Shown here one piece after another: positions 1 to 13,496 of a stretch of 64,000 nucleotides of DNA. The stretch's first letter is position 1. Each line of letters starts with the position of its first letter. Source of the stretch: Basidiobolus meristosporus CBS 931.73 (taxonomy: Eukaryota > Fungi > Basidiobolomycota). The stretch spans positions 62,001 through 126,000 of the forward strand of contig MCFE01000081.1 in assembly GCA_002104905.1 (NCBI GenBank), written 5' to 3'. A program made the position numbers and the translations under genes. A model generated the notes under the pieces. The model had not been told where the DNA came from. It did no database searches and saw nothing but the letters and a program-made list of their open reading frames with translations.

Positions 1-2735
1 ATCCCCATTTAGAAAGGCTGTTTTGACGTCCATTTGGTGTAGATCTACACTGTGTACAGCTGCCAGGGCTAGAACTTTCCTAATAGGGTTAAACTTGGCA
101 ACCGGAGCAAATGTTTCCTTAAAGTCTAGTCCCTGGATCTGGGAATAGCCTTTAGCTACCAATCTAGCCTTGTACTTATCAATGGCACCATTTGAGGTTA
201 TCTTGATCTTGTAGACCCATCTACATTCTATTGGCTTTCTCCCATTTGGTAAATCTACCAGTTCCCACGTTTTTGCTTTGATCAGTGATTGGTACTCCTC
301 CTGCATGGCTTGTTGCCACTTAGTAGCATCTGGACCTTGCATTGCCTGTTCCAGATTCTGAGGTTTGGCACATAAGGCAAGATAAGCTTCTTCATGATCA
401 TTGGATGTCTGCCACCAGAATCCAGGGGCATTTCTTATTCTGGTAGATCTCCTAACTGGGATAATCTGTTCTGATCTGGAACTGGTAGAAGTATCTTCCA
501 TCTCTGGCTGGATTTGGTATGTATCTTCTTCATTTGTGTTGATTGCATCATCAGGCAGCTGGCCAATGATTTCTGTGGCTTTCTGATCTGAATTCTCCTG
601 AAATACAACATCCCTGCTCTTGATCAGCTTCTGATTTTTGCCATCATACACTCTATACCCTTTAGTATCTTCACAATACCCAAGAAAGATTCCTTTTCTA
701 CTCTTTGGTTCCAACTTTGAGCGTTTTTTGTCAGGGATGTGATAAAAAACATCACTGCCAAAGATCCTGAGGTGCTGGAGATCTGGTTTTTTGCCTGTAT
801 ATGCTTCAAAGTGTGTAGAATCACATAGGGCTGTTGTTGGGCATCTGTTCTTGATGTATACAGCGGTAGCAACAGATTCAGCCCAAAACTTGTAGTCCAT
901 TCCCTTATCATGTAGCATAGATCTTCCCATCTCTACTATTGTTCTATTTGCACATTCTGCTACTCCATTTTGCTGTGGAGTATGAGGAACTGTGGTCTGT
1001 TGGAGTATACCAGTAGACAAGCAGTATTTTGCAAACTCCTTTGAGCAGTATTCTCCTCCATTGTCACTTCGTAGTACCTTCAATTTACACCCAGTTTGTG
1101 TCTCTGCCATGTTCTTGAAGTGCTTAAACGTCTCTAAAGCTTCATCCTTTGTTTTGAGGAAGTACACCCATGTATATCTTGTCTTGTCATCAATAAACGT
1201 CATAAAGTATCTCTTGGCTCCAAAGGACAGTGTTCTCATGGGGCCACATATGTCTGAGTGTAAAATAGCCAATATTTTGGTGGTATTGATGCCTTCTGAG
1301 CTCTTGAAACGTTGCCTAGCTTGTTTGCCATATGAACATCCCTTACAAACATTCAATTTGATTGGAATTGAGTATTTTAGGCCCAAAACAAGCTGATTTT
1401 TCACCAATTGGCTCGTTTTCTGTTCCCCTATGTGTCCTAGCCTCCTATGCCACGTCTCCCAGTTAGTTTCATCAGTTTCAGCAATGTTGACAAACTCAAG
1501 TACAATGATCTTGCATTGTAACTTGTATATATTGTGATCTCTGATTCCCAAAGCTAATTCTTGTCCATTTTCACTCAGTATTGAGCAGCTCAACTTAGTA
1601 AAAACAAATATCAGTCCCTGAGTAGTTGCTTTACTGACTGAGAGTAGGTTCTTAGCTATTCCAGGTACATAGAGTATGTCAGTCAGTTTTGCTGTTGTTG
1701 CCCCTGAGTTATCACTCATATTTAGTTGTATAGACCCACTGGCGGTAGCTTCCATTGCAGAGTTATCTCCCAGATAAACCTTTCTTACGGGAATAGTCTT
1801 TAAGTTGCTGAACCAATCCTTTATATCACAAATATGCTGTGATGCTCCAGAGTCAATATACCATTCATTACCTCGGTTACTTGCACTCTCTTGTACAGTG
1901 ACAAATAACTGTCCATCAGTAGTTATATGGTTTGCCTGCTCTAGTTTCTGTTTTTTGTCTGCTTGTTTCTTCTTGCATTCTCTTGCCCAGTGTCCTGGCT
2001 TCTTACAGTAGTTACAGCAGCCAGGTTTTCTTTGGTTTTGTTGCTTCCCTTCTTTTCTGTATGTCTTTCTGAACTGAATAAAGCATTATCCTCAATTTTC
2101 TCTGCTTGATCATAACGTCTGAGTTCTTCATGGAGAAGTCTTCCTTTGACATAGTCTAAAGTCAAGTTGTCTTCTCTGCTTTCAAAAGAAAGTATGAGTG
2201 GCTCATACTTGTCTGGTAGGCTGCAAAGCAGACAGAGTATCTTTTCTTCATCATCTACACCAGCATTAATACTGTAAAGTTCTTCTGCAAGTGTCTCCAT
2301 TCTGGTAATGATTTGTAGCATGTCATCATCTGGCTTTTTTCTCATGTTGAAGAACTTTTGTTTCAAATAAAGCTTGCTTGATACTGACTTTGCTCTAAAA
2401 ATCTTCTCTAAGGATTCCCATGCTGCTTTGGCAGTATTTGAGGCATGGATTTGTCCAATGAAGGAGTCTTGCACATTGATGCATATTGCATTGAAGGCCT
2501 TTCTCTCCTTCTCTTGAAGCTTCTCCACATCTTCTGATGTTCCTTTGGGCTCAACTTCCTTTCCAGTTACTATGTTCCAAAGCTTTCTTTCCTCAAGGTG
2601 GATCTGCATCTTGATTCTCCAAAGTCTGTAGCTCTTCCCATCAAACCTCTCCTTTACAGGGAAGATGTTGGTATTGCTTTGTTTGCTGGTAGAAGTCATC
2701 TTTAGAATAGATTAAGGCAATTGGGGCTCATAACC
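1..2735 (-). mobile_element. Ty1/copia retrotransposon A, internal gag-pol (gag, CCHC knuckle, protease, GAG-pre, integrase, start of RT); runs off the left edge; a few frameshifts
   Basis: Gag ORF 1941-2699 (FDGKSYRLWRIKMQIHLEERKLW), CNYCKKPGHWAREC knuckle, WYIDSGASQH protease, IHSDICGP / RSDNGGEY / QQNGVAECANR integrase, KARLVAKGYSQ and HQMDVKTAFLNG RT, in copia order. Confidence 0.96.
2721..2735 (-). promoter_or_regulatory. Primer-binding site of copia A (GGTTATGAGCCCCAA)
   Basis: Directly abuts the 5' LTR; resembles the Drosophila copia GGTTATGGGCCCAG half-tRNAiMet PBS. Confidence 0.8.
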
Positions 2736-3105
2736 TGTTGCAATTTAAGAAGTGATTTGGATATAAGGAACTTATCAAGAAATAGTGATAATAGTTGAAC
2801 TGTTGCTTATTCATAAAGAAGCTCAGTATTTATACCTTTGTAGAATTAATACAGCTGCAACACTAAGTAGGGAGGGTTTCTCAATATTCAGGAGCATTCT
2901 GTAACAGCTTCAGGGTTAGTACATAATGTTTGGTAATAGTGCTAATTTGATCCTGACTATAGGGGAATAATCATAAGATCATATATCTGGAGAAAGTGGC
3001 AAAGTTAAGGCAGTAAATGAGTCCTACAATGACTAAGACTAGCCTAGAATTGCTAAGTAAATTTTTTAGCTGCTGAATGATACCAAATAGTCCAATATTT
3101 CAACA
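2736..3105 (-). repeat. 5' LTR of copia A (370 bp)
   Basis: TGTTG...CAACA inverted termini, adjacent PBS and gag start. Confidence 0.85.
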
Positions 3106-5462
3106 GGATGCAACTTATCATATACATGGTATAAATGGAAAAGCATCATGCAGCTGGCAACATATGACCCAGAGACCATCCTGATACCAGCATGTGCTTA
3201 CAGTTGCATGGTGCTTACATCAGAAAATGCCACAATTGCAAGGTGTCCAACTTGTCAGGAATCCCCCACCATTTGGGGAAAACATTCTTCACACTCTTGA
3301 TATATTCCAAGAAACACTGTCCAATCTGAATAGCTACCTGTATCCATTGCTGGATAACTTTTGTATGCTTTCCAGTGAGATAACAATAAATGGCTGTCAT
3401 ATAAAAGTACATATAATTAGTTGCTTTGGAGATACCCCAGCCATCAGATAGATAGCAGCCTTTCTGGGCACAATGGATGATATTACTATCAAATGTGGGA
3501 GATACAGGGTACTCACACCACAACTCACACACTTTATTATTACCTAAACACCAACACCAAGAACATCTTCTTTCCACAGAGAAAATGTACAGAAGTAAGC
3601 ATGCAATTGCAGCAAGGCTGGCAAGCTCAAAGTCATTAGCCAGAATATGGAATTAATTGCAAACCAGCAATACTTAAAATAGAGGGTATCTGTTGGAGCA
3701 AAAGCATTCCACTGGGAGCAATGTGTTTGCTTTTCAACAATATCCCTATACTGAGGACCAAGTTGTACATGGGGCATTTCAAACCAAATGAGCCCTCTGA
3801 GATACTAGAAAAATTTGAAAGTGGTGGCAACTTATTGCAGAGTATCCACTACACTATGTACTTGTCATAGGCTCCAGTCAATACTCATATGAATATTCAG
3901 CAATACAAGTGCAGGGACTGGATGAACTGGATTTGTATTTATTCAGGTGGCCTTCTGAAGCCATTTCTACCAAGAGTACACTGAAAGCATTGGGAGTCAT
4001 ATATGGACACTGTAGGAATGCTTATCCAGAAGTGCATCACCAATGCCAACTTGACACATCTACTGCTTTTGTGCAAAGAGTTTGTGAAGGGATTTGAGTG
4101 GCTATAAAACAAACATAAAGCTAATTGTGTAAATCTCTGCCGCTACTGTATTCATTTGCTACTCTATCTTGCTTGGTGTGTTGAGAATATTGGACCTTGC
4201 TTCACCTTTTGGGAGTTTCATATGGGGCAGATGTTTTGGGAGATAGGTAGACAAGTCAGGTTGCAGCTATTACCATATCCCAATGTCATCAAGAACAAGG
4301 AGCTTCCTATGAAGCAGATTTGTGGGGAGATAGGAAGATGAATCAAGTTGCAGGTACTACCATACCCCAATCTCATCAAGAACAATACCTTCTAGTCTGT
4401 TATGGATGTGATGAGCTGGCACATTGAGAGCAGCCAGGAAGAGTTGGAAAATACTGAGGTCAGATGTGCACATGCAGACACCTATGCCTATGGCATTAAG
4501 AAGCTAGGCAGCCCCAATGTGTGGGTAATCAGTTAAGTAATGCAAAGTTGGTTAGGTGCAACAAGCAACTGATTTTTTTTAGGAAAATGCTACCAAGGTT
4601 GGTTGGATTTCTCTTGGCCGTAAGTTAATTTCTACACCATTTGATACGGAATCCACACAAACAAGAGCCAGAACACACCTATAAGGGGGCCTAGAATTTA
4701 GCAGGGAGTAGGAGTATACTGACTAAAACTAAGAAGTTCTTTGCATCTTCAGGAGGCACTCATAGCAGATGTGGCTAAACTAAGCATATGTTTGCAAGAT
4801 GTATATGGCACCAGCAATGCAAGATAGATGGCAACTTTGCAAGCATCACACTGAAAAGCCATACAGTTGAGGTGATAGAAGTATGTCAGCTGCTGAGGTG
4901 TGTGGGTCCATGGAGGTAGGTAAGCAGGAGGCCATAGGATATTTTGATTCAAACTATATGTGGGGTACCCATTATAGTATTGGGTAAGCAAATAAAGAGA
5001 GGTGATTCTATAGTACAATACATGAATTGTGCAAAGGGACGTACAAAAGGAAATACCACTTGGTAAAATAATACAGTAGCATTATACAGAACTAGCTGTA
5101 GGCTGCCATACTGCTGTGATAATGCCCTCAATGGCTTGCAAAGAGGCCATCAAAGCATTGTCAAGTTTTTTGCCATCAAAGGCAATTGGATGTGCTGACC
5201 AGTTAGATCTACTCAGACAGTTTTAGAGCACACCAAAACTGCAACAATGCCATGCCACCCTTACTAGAGCATTATACAGGCACTTTATATTTTATCAACT
5301 TTATTTGGCTGTAAAATTAGCAAACACTATTTTCATCCTGTCACATGATTGTGTAGTTGGTCATTCATTCTGAGCTGCTGGTATTATTGTGGTCTCCTAA
5401 TGTGATCTTGACAGCAGAGCTGGATTGGCTCCACCTGCTGGACCAAGTTACTTTTTGCAGGG
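3106..5462 (+). mobile_element. Decayed EnSpm/CMC-type transposase (tnp2/Transposase_21- and DUF4218-like) remnant ending at a right TIR
   Basis: Fragments KVHIISCFGDTPAIR..LGHNG and LYLAWCVENIGPCFTFWEFHM / EQICGEIG resemble tnp2 (GDxPA..GH) and DUF4218 (GP..W.F.MER.CG); ends ...TTTTTGCAGGG like the other CCCTA-family ends. Confidence 0.7.
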
Positions 5463-5479
5463 GTGTTTTTTCCCAAGCC

Positions 5480-7625
5480 TAAAAAACAGAAGACATTAAA
5501 GATCAATAAAGACATTGGGTGCAATGATAAAGAGTGCGCTAATCTTCAAGAGGTCATAAAAGGTCTTGCATGGTAGCACCTCAAGGACGGCATATTGTAG
5601 GACCATTAGGACCTCAAGGCTCAGCAGAGTGTGCTTGACGTGCTCTATGAGCATTATCCTGGCTTCAAGTAAGCAAATGGACTATTGGCCAGCATTGGCA
5701 TGCTAAGAAAGTTTCCCAAGAATAGCAGAAACCACTAAAGGCAGAAGAAGAAGGGTGCCATGGCTAAAAACCAGCAGCTTCCTCATCAGCATGTCATAGG
5801 CAGGGCTGAATGCTCCAAACAAGTCACAAAGAAATGTGAGGTAGCCAGGGGAGCCCCAGGAAGGGACAGGTAGGCTGAAACAGAAACATCAATGCAGCAT
5901 ATATCAAGGAAACAATGTAGTTCAATACAAGAAGCATTGAGTCAAAGCAGTGGTGATGGGCCTGACAGTGACACTAGCATGCAGCTTTCTCAGAAGCCTG
6001 TCATATGTAGAGCTGAATGTTCTAAATAGGCACTAAAGAAACATCAGGTTGCCAGGAGAGTGCAGGCAAACATGAATGCAACAGTGCAGCATTCATCAAG
6101 GATGGATTGCGGTACAATACAAGAAGCACTCAGACACAGTAGCAGTGATGTATATGAAAGTGGTAAAAGCCCATGGCTTTCTCTGGAGCCTGTAACAAGC
6201 AGGGCTGAAAATTCTAAAACAGTGACACAAAAGCATCTGGTTGCCAGCAGAGTGCTGGCAAGGGACCAACAGGCATAAGCAGATATCTTAGTGTAGCATT
6301 CATCATGGAGAATACATGGTACAATACAAGAGGCACTAAGTTAAATTAGCAGTGAAAGATTTGGTAGTGATAAAGGCAAAGGTATTCAGAAACAATTTAG
6401 CAAGCCACAGACAGGAAAGTGCCAGAAGAAAGTCACAGGTCTCATCAATTGATACCATCAGTCCAGAACATGATTAATCCCATCATGGCTAAGAAGAATT
6501 ACCAACAAGACAGCTGTTTTCTCAAGAGTTGGAAGTGTAGCCACTTGGGCTACACTCCAGTGAGGTAGATGAGATTGCAGAAAAAAGCATCTTGTCTACT
6601 GCTGCCTCCATTTTCTACATTGTAGACAGAGTAGATATCCTACTGATGGACAAAGCACCAGCATCAAGAGCTCAAAAGACTATCACTCTGCCTATGGTGG
6701 AATTTTGGAGCAATAATAGGCATACCTAACAGGTTGTAGCACTTCTTAAAGAGCAGTGCTCAAGAAAACACAATTGAATATTGCAAGTGCTTATTACAAA
6801 GACTGACAGATAAGGTGCTAGCCCTTACAGTGCTGGCTGAAGACCAGGGAGTATGAGAGCCAGTGGATGAACAGTGGCATAAATCTGCATGGTTCCTGCC
6901 AAAGTCACGGAAAAAGGGTGTTATAGCAGAGATACTTATTGAATGGTTAATCTTAATGGAGCCACTTGTTGAGTGTGTGGTTGGGCTTATTGTTGGTACT
7001 GAGCATAGGGAACTGTATGGGCCAATAGAATTGGCAATTGGGGTACAACTGAAGTTTCAATGGAAGTATATCTATTTGTATGGGTGAAAAGTAAGAGAAT
7101 TAGTGCAGTCAGGAAGTAAGGAGTGTGAAAGGGAGGCAATAGCCAATCAATGTACACAAAGGTAGGAGGTTACTGAGTCTCTGGGATCAGAAAGTGAGCA
7201 AATTGGCAGAGGCCCAACTGAAAGCCACTTATGTATTGGTGTGATGAAAAATTTTGACCAAGTTTTTTGTGAAATCTGGGGTGCAACTATTTTTCAAGAG
7301 CCTTTGCATGGTGCCCTGATGAGAGCAATACCTACTGGTCACAGGACTTTAAGCTTGTGATGGTCTTTTGACAGGATCATCACAGCTATCTTGCATTGGG
7401 GGCTCTCATTGCTCCTCTTCAGAAATTGGTGAGGATCATACCTCCTTCCTTGTCAGCAAGCATTCCATCAGCATCAAAATGTACTATCCCATCTTTAAAT
7501 AGCTGACTAAGATCTGAGCATTTTTGCCTGGCATGCTAAATAGAGTCACAGGAGATACATTTTCTAGGTAACAATTTCTGGCTTGCAGTAGCCATTTCAG
7601 CTGAGCTATAAATTTTGAAGGCTAG
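5480..7625 (+). mobile_element. Partial second copy of the CCCTA-family accessory ORF region ('ORF X'), with three ~195-bp tandem repeats
   Basis: Reverse-complement similarity to 13500-15860 (e.g. ...GMLRK(Y/F)...KNSRN and EPV..QWHK.. segments); many stop codons. Confidence 0.7.
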
Positions 7626-8068
7626 CTTTTGCAGCTGTTCAGCAAGTTGATCAATTCTGTAGACCAAATGGGGGTTGTCTTGATCAGCAAACCTGTGAGG
7701 CTGGTCCATGGACATGTCCTTGTCAAGTTCTTCATTCTAGAATGTTGCTTGTATGTCCATTTGATGAATGAAAAACTTATAATTGGCTGCATTAGTCAAT
7801 ATCAATTTGAGGAAATCAAGCTTGGCTACAGGTGCAAAGGTCCCAGTAAAGTCAAGTCCTTTTGTTTGGGAGTATCCCTTGCCCACAAGTCTTGCTTTGC
7901 ATCCTTCAACTGTACTATCAGCCTTGTATTTTGTCTTGAAGACCCATCTGCATCCAATTGATTTTTGGTGGACTGGTAATTTGACCAAGTCCTAAGTTTC
8001 ATTTCCCTCAGGGTTTGATACTGTTCAGTCATTGCAGATCTCCAAAACTTTTTCTGAGGGCTATCTAG
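7626..8068 (-). mobile_element. Copia reverse transcriptase fragment
   Basis: KSIGCRWVFKTKYKADSTVEGCKARLVGKGYSQTKGLDFTGTFAPVAK...HQMDIQATF. Confidence 0.9.
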
Positions 8069-8416
8069 AGTTGATATTATCAAGTGGTCACCTAAGTATT
8101 TATGCTAGCTTAGTCACATAGATCTTATTTAGTGATTAGCATTCTGTCCCAACCAAATTTCTTGCTGAGACTTGCTTAGAATATTTTCACTAGATTATCA
8201 AGAGCGTAGATTATGGCTTTCTTAAAGTTGCCCAAAAGCCCCAAAATTGATACACAAATACTCTTGGGACCTTCCTTAGCAAACTTTACCTATTTATTGG
8301 CTCTACTTTATCACAAGTATAAGGACCATACTTTTGACCAACAGATCTAACAGTGAAAAACATGCATATCCTCTGTTCTCTGCATCACTTCCAATACTCC
8401 TCAGAATATTGCAACA
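8069..8416 (+). repeat. ~349-bp LTR family copy (subtype 2)
   Basis: Reverse complement of 12906-13254; ends ...AATATTGCAACA. Confidence 0.75.
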
Positions 8417-8449
8417 AATTATTATCCCCAAGCTTACTGTGCTCTTGGT

Positions 8450-11400
8450 GTCTACATTGCTTTGTTCTTGGTACCTGGTATTTTGGGGAAAATGTTCTAA
8501 GTAAATCTAAACAAGGAATTTGGTCAGTATTATCTGGGATTTAAAGGTAATGCCCTAAGTGACTAAGTTAGGTGAGTATTTAGGTGGAATTTAAATTCTT
8601 TACAACACTCCCACTCAGCTAATTATTCATAGTGACTAGTCCTATTTTTGACCTAAGATATTCAAACTTGTCACTAGCTGATGGTATGGTAAATATGTCT
8701 GCAATCATTTCATCTGTAGGACAGTAAACTAAGCTATTTTCTATAGCTTCACATATGAAATGATGCTTAATATCTATGTGCTTTGTTCTAGTATCAAAAG
8801 TTGGATTTCTATCTAATTGTATACATCCTTGATTATCTTGAAATAAAGTAATAGGCACTTTTTGACATAGGCCTAAATCAGTAAAAAGCTTTCTCAACCA
8901 CGCTGCCTCTTTTGTAACTTCACCGGTTGCCATATACTCTACCTTTGCGGTAGAAAGTTCTGCGGTTGGTTGCTTTCTTGAATTCCATCAAATTGCTCCT
9001 TTGCAGTAAAAAATGCTGTATCCTGTGGTGGATCTTCTGTCTTCCCTACTTTGTCCCCAATCAGCATCAGAGTATCCCACAATATCCTGTTCAGAATCCA
9101 TAAAGGTGTATTTTGAGCCAATATCAGCAGTTCCTTTTAGGTATCTAAAAATCTGCTAAACTACTGCAATATGATCAGATCCATAGTTCTGATTATGTTG
9201 GCTGACAACTCCTACTGAATATGAGATATCTGGATGTGCTACAAGCATAACATACATTGGATAGTCAACCATGGATTGATAACAACACTCAGGACTTTCA
9301 GATGGCACCAAGCTCTCTTGATTTGGTTGAGTTTTGACCAAGTTAAGGCTTGTCTCCATTGGGGTAGCTGCTGTTCTACAGTCTTCCATTCAGTACTTCT
9401 TTAGTATATCTTGAATACACTAGGATTGTCTTAGGGTGATAGTGTAGGTACCTTTGTCAATGGAGAACTTAATCCCTAATTAGTAACTGAGTTCTCCTAG
9501 ATTGGACATCTTGAACACCTTAGATAGGCTGGATTTAGTCTATTACAATATTCCTAGGTTATTGGTGGCTGTAATAAGATCAGCTACATATAGAGCTGCT
9601 TGAACTGAGCTTGCTCTATCTGGCTTATATTATATACTATAGTCATCATTACTCCTTTTGGCACTCAAAGATTCCAAATAAAATCCATCTTGCAATCCCA
9701 GACTCTTGGTGATTGTTTGACCATGTAGTGACTTTTTAAGCTTGCAGACCAAATGGGGGTTATCTTGGTGAGTAAACTCATCAAGCTGGTCCATATACAT
9801 AACCTCATCAAGCTCCCCATTCAAAAATGCAACTTTTACATCCATTTGATAAATAAAAAGCTTTTATTTGGCTGCAATAGCCAATATTGATATGATGGAA
9901 TTAAACTGGGCTACTGGTGCCAAGGTCTCAGAATATTGAGGTCCCTTTGTTTGAGAGTATTCTTTGGCAACAAGTCTTGCTTTGTATCTTTCATATGTAC
10001 CATCAGCCTTGTACTTTGTCTTGAAGACCCATCTTCATCCATTGATTTTTGGTCGAATGGTAATTTGACCAAGTCCCAAGTTTAATTTTCCATTGGGGCC
10101 TGGTATTCCTCAGTCATTGTAAATCTCCAAAGCTTCATCTGATGGCTATTAAGGGTCTCTTTTACAGTCTGTGGCTCATCAATATTGACTGCATAGGCAT
10201 AGGCTAAGTTTGTACAATTGTGGATATAGTAATTTGGGCTGTTTCTTGTCTGGTTGGATCTCCAGGCACTTGATACTGGAATGATCACTTCTGGGATATT
10301 CCTGGACACTGATTTAGGCTGAATCACAGTTGTAGAGTCCTCTGGAGTGAAAAAAACTCTCATTGTTTTGCTCTAATTCAATCCTGACAATTGGTGGGCT
10401 TGGGGTCATATTTGCATCTTCATCTGATGTCATTTATTGAAAAATTTGAATTTTCATCAATAAACACATCCCTGAACTTGATTAGCTTCATTACTTTGAT
10501 GTTATAGAGTCTGTATGCCTTACTCTCATTGCAGTAGCCCAAAAATATGCCTTTTACACTTTTTGGCTCAAATTTTGACTGATTTCTGGGCAGTGTCTGG
10601 CCATATGCAGTACACCCAAATATCCTTAGATGCTCTGCACTTGGTCTGTATCCATATTATGCTTCAAGTGGAGTAGAGTCACAAAATACTCTGTTAAAAC
10701 ACCTACTTTAAGGTATAGAGCTGCGGAAACTGATTCTGCCCAAAAATCATAGGATAATTTTTGAGCAGGGATCATAGATCTTGCCATATCAATTATTAAT
10801 CTGTTAGCACATTCTGCTACTCCATTTTGCTGTGGCAAGTATGGTACAGTAGTCTCTTGCTTTATCCCATGAATTTTGCAGAAGTGGATGAAGAGTATTG
10901 ATGTATATTTTCTACCATTGTCAAAGCGTATTTTCTTGATTTTTTCACCAGTTTCTCACTTCACCAAGGCTTTAAGCTCCCAGAGCTTAAAGAAAGCTTT
11001 TTCCTTTCTCTCCATGAAGTAGGCCCCCATGTGTCTTGTATAATCTTCAGTAAAAGTGATTAAATACTTCATCCTGCCTAACAATACATTTTTGCATAGT
11101 TCCACATAGATCTGAGTGAATTAGATCTAGTTTTTTCTTGTTTTTGATTAACCCAGAGCTCTTGAATGATTTTTTGGCTTGTTTTCCATATATGCAGACC
11201 TCACAGTGCTCCAAATTAGCTGGGGGTTCAGTTTTTACTCCCGCAGATTAGTTGGTCTTTGATCATTTTGCACTAACAATCAAATTTGATGTGCCCAAAT
11301 CTACTGTGCCAAAGCATTGGTGTTTCTTAATTCAAGTCACTAATATTGGCTTCCAGATATAATGGAATTTAAGTCAATCTTATAGATTCTGACCTCTGAT

Positions 11401-13254
11401 ACCCAAAGCAATATGGGTACTATGCTGATCAGTGATCCTGCATCCAAAATTGTCAGAGCTCAAACTGAGTCCTTCTGCTGTGACCTTGCTTACAGATAGT
11501 AGGTTCTTGGCTATTTCTGCCACACAGAGTACCATTTTAAAGGTCAGTGTATGGCCTCCTTCACTGCTTCTAAGGTTTACTTGAATAGTTCCTTCTCCCG
11601 CTGCATTAGGTGTTCTATTGTCACTCATGAAAACCTTCTCAAATGGAATTTCTTGATATTGAGTAAGTAGTTCTTTTTAGTGTGTAAAGTGTTGATATGC
11701 TCCAGAGTTGATGTACCATGTCTGAGAATCCTTGTTTGTGGTCATATTTAATGCAGATGTGAACTGTCTATCTTCAGTTGTTGCAGTATTTCCATGTTCA
11801 GGCTTCTTTTGCTGATTATTTCTCTTTTTGAGACACCTGTCAGATATGTGTCCTTTCCTTTTGCAGTGGTTGCAAGACAGGTTGTTGTTGCCTTTGTAAA
11901 GTCTTGGGTACCTCCTATGTTGATTATCACTGCTTATTAATGCATTTTCTTCTTCCTTCTCATTGACATTTGATTTTCTTAATACTTCATCCAGGAGCCT
12001 TCCATATATGTAATTTAAGGTAAAATCATCAGTTCTGTACTCAAGGGTGGATACAAGGCCATGAAACCTGTCTGTCAGGCTATTCAGGATGGTAACTATC
12101 ACATCCTCATCAGTAGCTGGTACACCCACAGATTCCATTGCACCCACCAGCAGTGTAATTCTGTTAGTTAGATTGTTCATTTCTTCCCCTGGCAGCATCT
12201 TTGTAGTAGAAAATATTTGTCTCAGATACATTCACTTAGCAGCTGAACATGACTGGTAGGTGTCTTCTAATGCTATCCAGGCATTCTTTGCCATTTTTGC
12301 TCTTGAGCATCAAATTAGCAATTTGTCTGCAACATTAAGTCCAATTCAGCCAAAGGCACTTTGTTCTTTCTTCTGGTACTTTAGGCTTCTTCTCCCATGA
12401 AAGCATCCCAAAGGCCTCTTTCTTGTAGCAGCATCTTCATCTTCACCTCCCACACTTGGCAGTTAGTGTTGTAAAAATTTGTAATTCCACCTAAATATTC
12501 ACCTGACTTAGTCACTTAGATCTTCACCTTCATATCCTAGAAAATACTGACCAAGTTCCTTGTTGGGATTTACTCAGAATATTTTCACCTAAATACCAGG
12601 TACCCAGAACATGAAAATTCTCAAAGCTGTCCAAACAGCCCCAAACTTTGCACATATGTTCTTGGGACCTTCCTTAACCTATACTATGTGTTTGTTATTC
12701 CAAGACCAGGTTAGAGTATAAATACTACTTTTACATTCAATAAATCATTAAGTGAAAGCCACATAATCTACTTGTTCTCCAAATCACTTCCAATATCTCC
12801 AAGACTCTTACAACAGTTGGACCCATCCAACTTTTCAGCAGAGGTAAAAGTTTTGGCAATAGCAGTAGTAGACATTGCAGAGAGTGACAGCTTGGAGCAA
12901 TAACCTGTTGTAAGAGTCTTGAAGATAAAGGAAGTGATTGGGAGGTTAAGAAAATTATGTGGCATTCACTTAAAGATATATTGAGTGTAATAGTAGTACT
13001 TATACTTTTCCATGGTCTTGGCATAGAAAACACATGAAATAGGCTAAGGAAGGTCCCAAGAACATGTGTGCAAAGTTTGGGGGCTTTTAAACAACTTTGT
13101 GAAATATCATAATCAAGGAACCTGATAATTTGGTGAAAACATTTTAAGTAAATCCTAAAGAGAAATCTGGTCAGGACAGAATGCTAATGAAATAATAAGA
13201 TCTATGTGACTAAGTTAGCATGAATATTGCAGTGATCACTTAATAGTTTCAACA
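8450..13254 (-). mobile_element. Ty1/copia retrotransposon B, near full length but heavily degenerate (5' LTR 12906-13254, PBS, gag-pol, PPT, partial 3' LTR 8450-8607)
   Basis: Gag KLDGSN..VWEVKMKMLLQERGLW, CNHCKRKGHISDRC, WYINSGAYQH, QQNGVAECANR, MDVKVAFLNGELDE, RNase H FQDNQGCIQLDRNPTFDTRTKHIDIKHHF; PPT GAGTGGGAG before the 3' LTR; PBS-like GGTTATTGCTCC. Confidence 0.93.
12467..12815 (+). repeat. Solo LTR (349 bp) inserted antisense into gag of copia B
   Basis: TGTTGTAA...TTACAACA termini; flanks GTTAG/GTTGG form a near-TSD; removing it restores the gag reading DGSN-CQVW. Confidence 0.9.
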
Positions 13255-13496
13255 GAAAGGACAAACATTGGACCCATGCTTCAAAAAGATAGATAATGAT
13301 CAAAAGAAGCCTGAATAAGAAAATGCTGCAACAACAGATGATAGACAACTCACATATGCAGTAAACATGATTGCAAGCAGGAATTATCAGACATGGTACA
13401 TTGACTATGGGGCATTTCAACACTTGACATATCAAAGAAAACTTCTTACCCTATATCAAGAAATTCCAATTGAGAAGGCTTTAATGAATGACAATA
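13255..13496 (+). mobile_element. Older plus-strand copia fragment (protease), continuing at 17045-17240
   Basis: TWYIDYGAFQHLTYQRKLLTLYQEIPIEKALMNDN; joins ...EEGTIQVKLRSTEGSHT after removing 13497-17044. Confidence 0.8.

Noticed and set aside
4215-4385. ~95-bp tandem duplication in the DUF4218-like region
   Set aside because: Local duplication in a dead transposase; no functional implication
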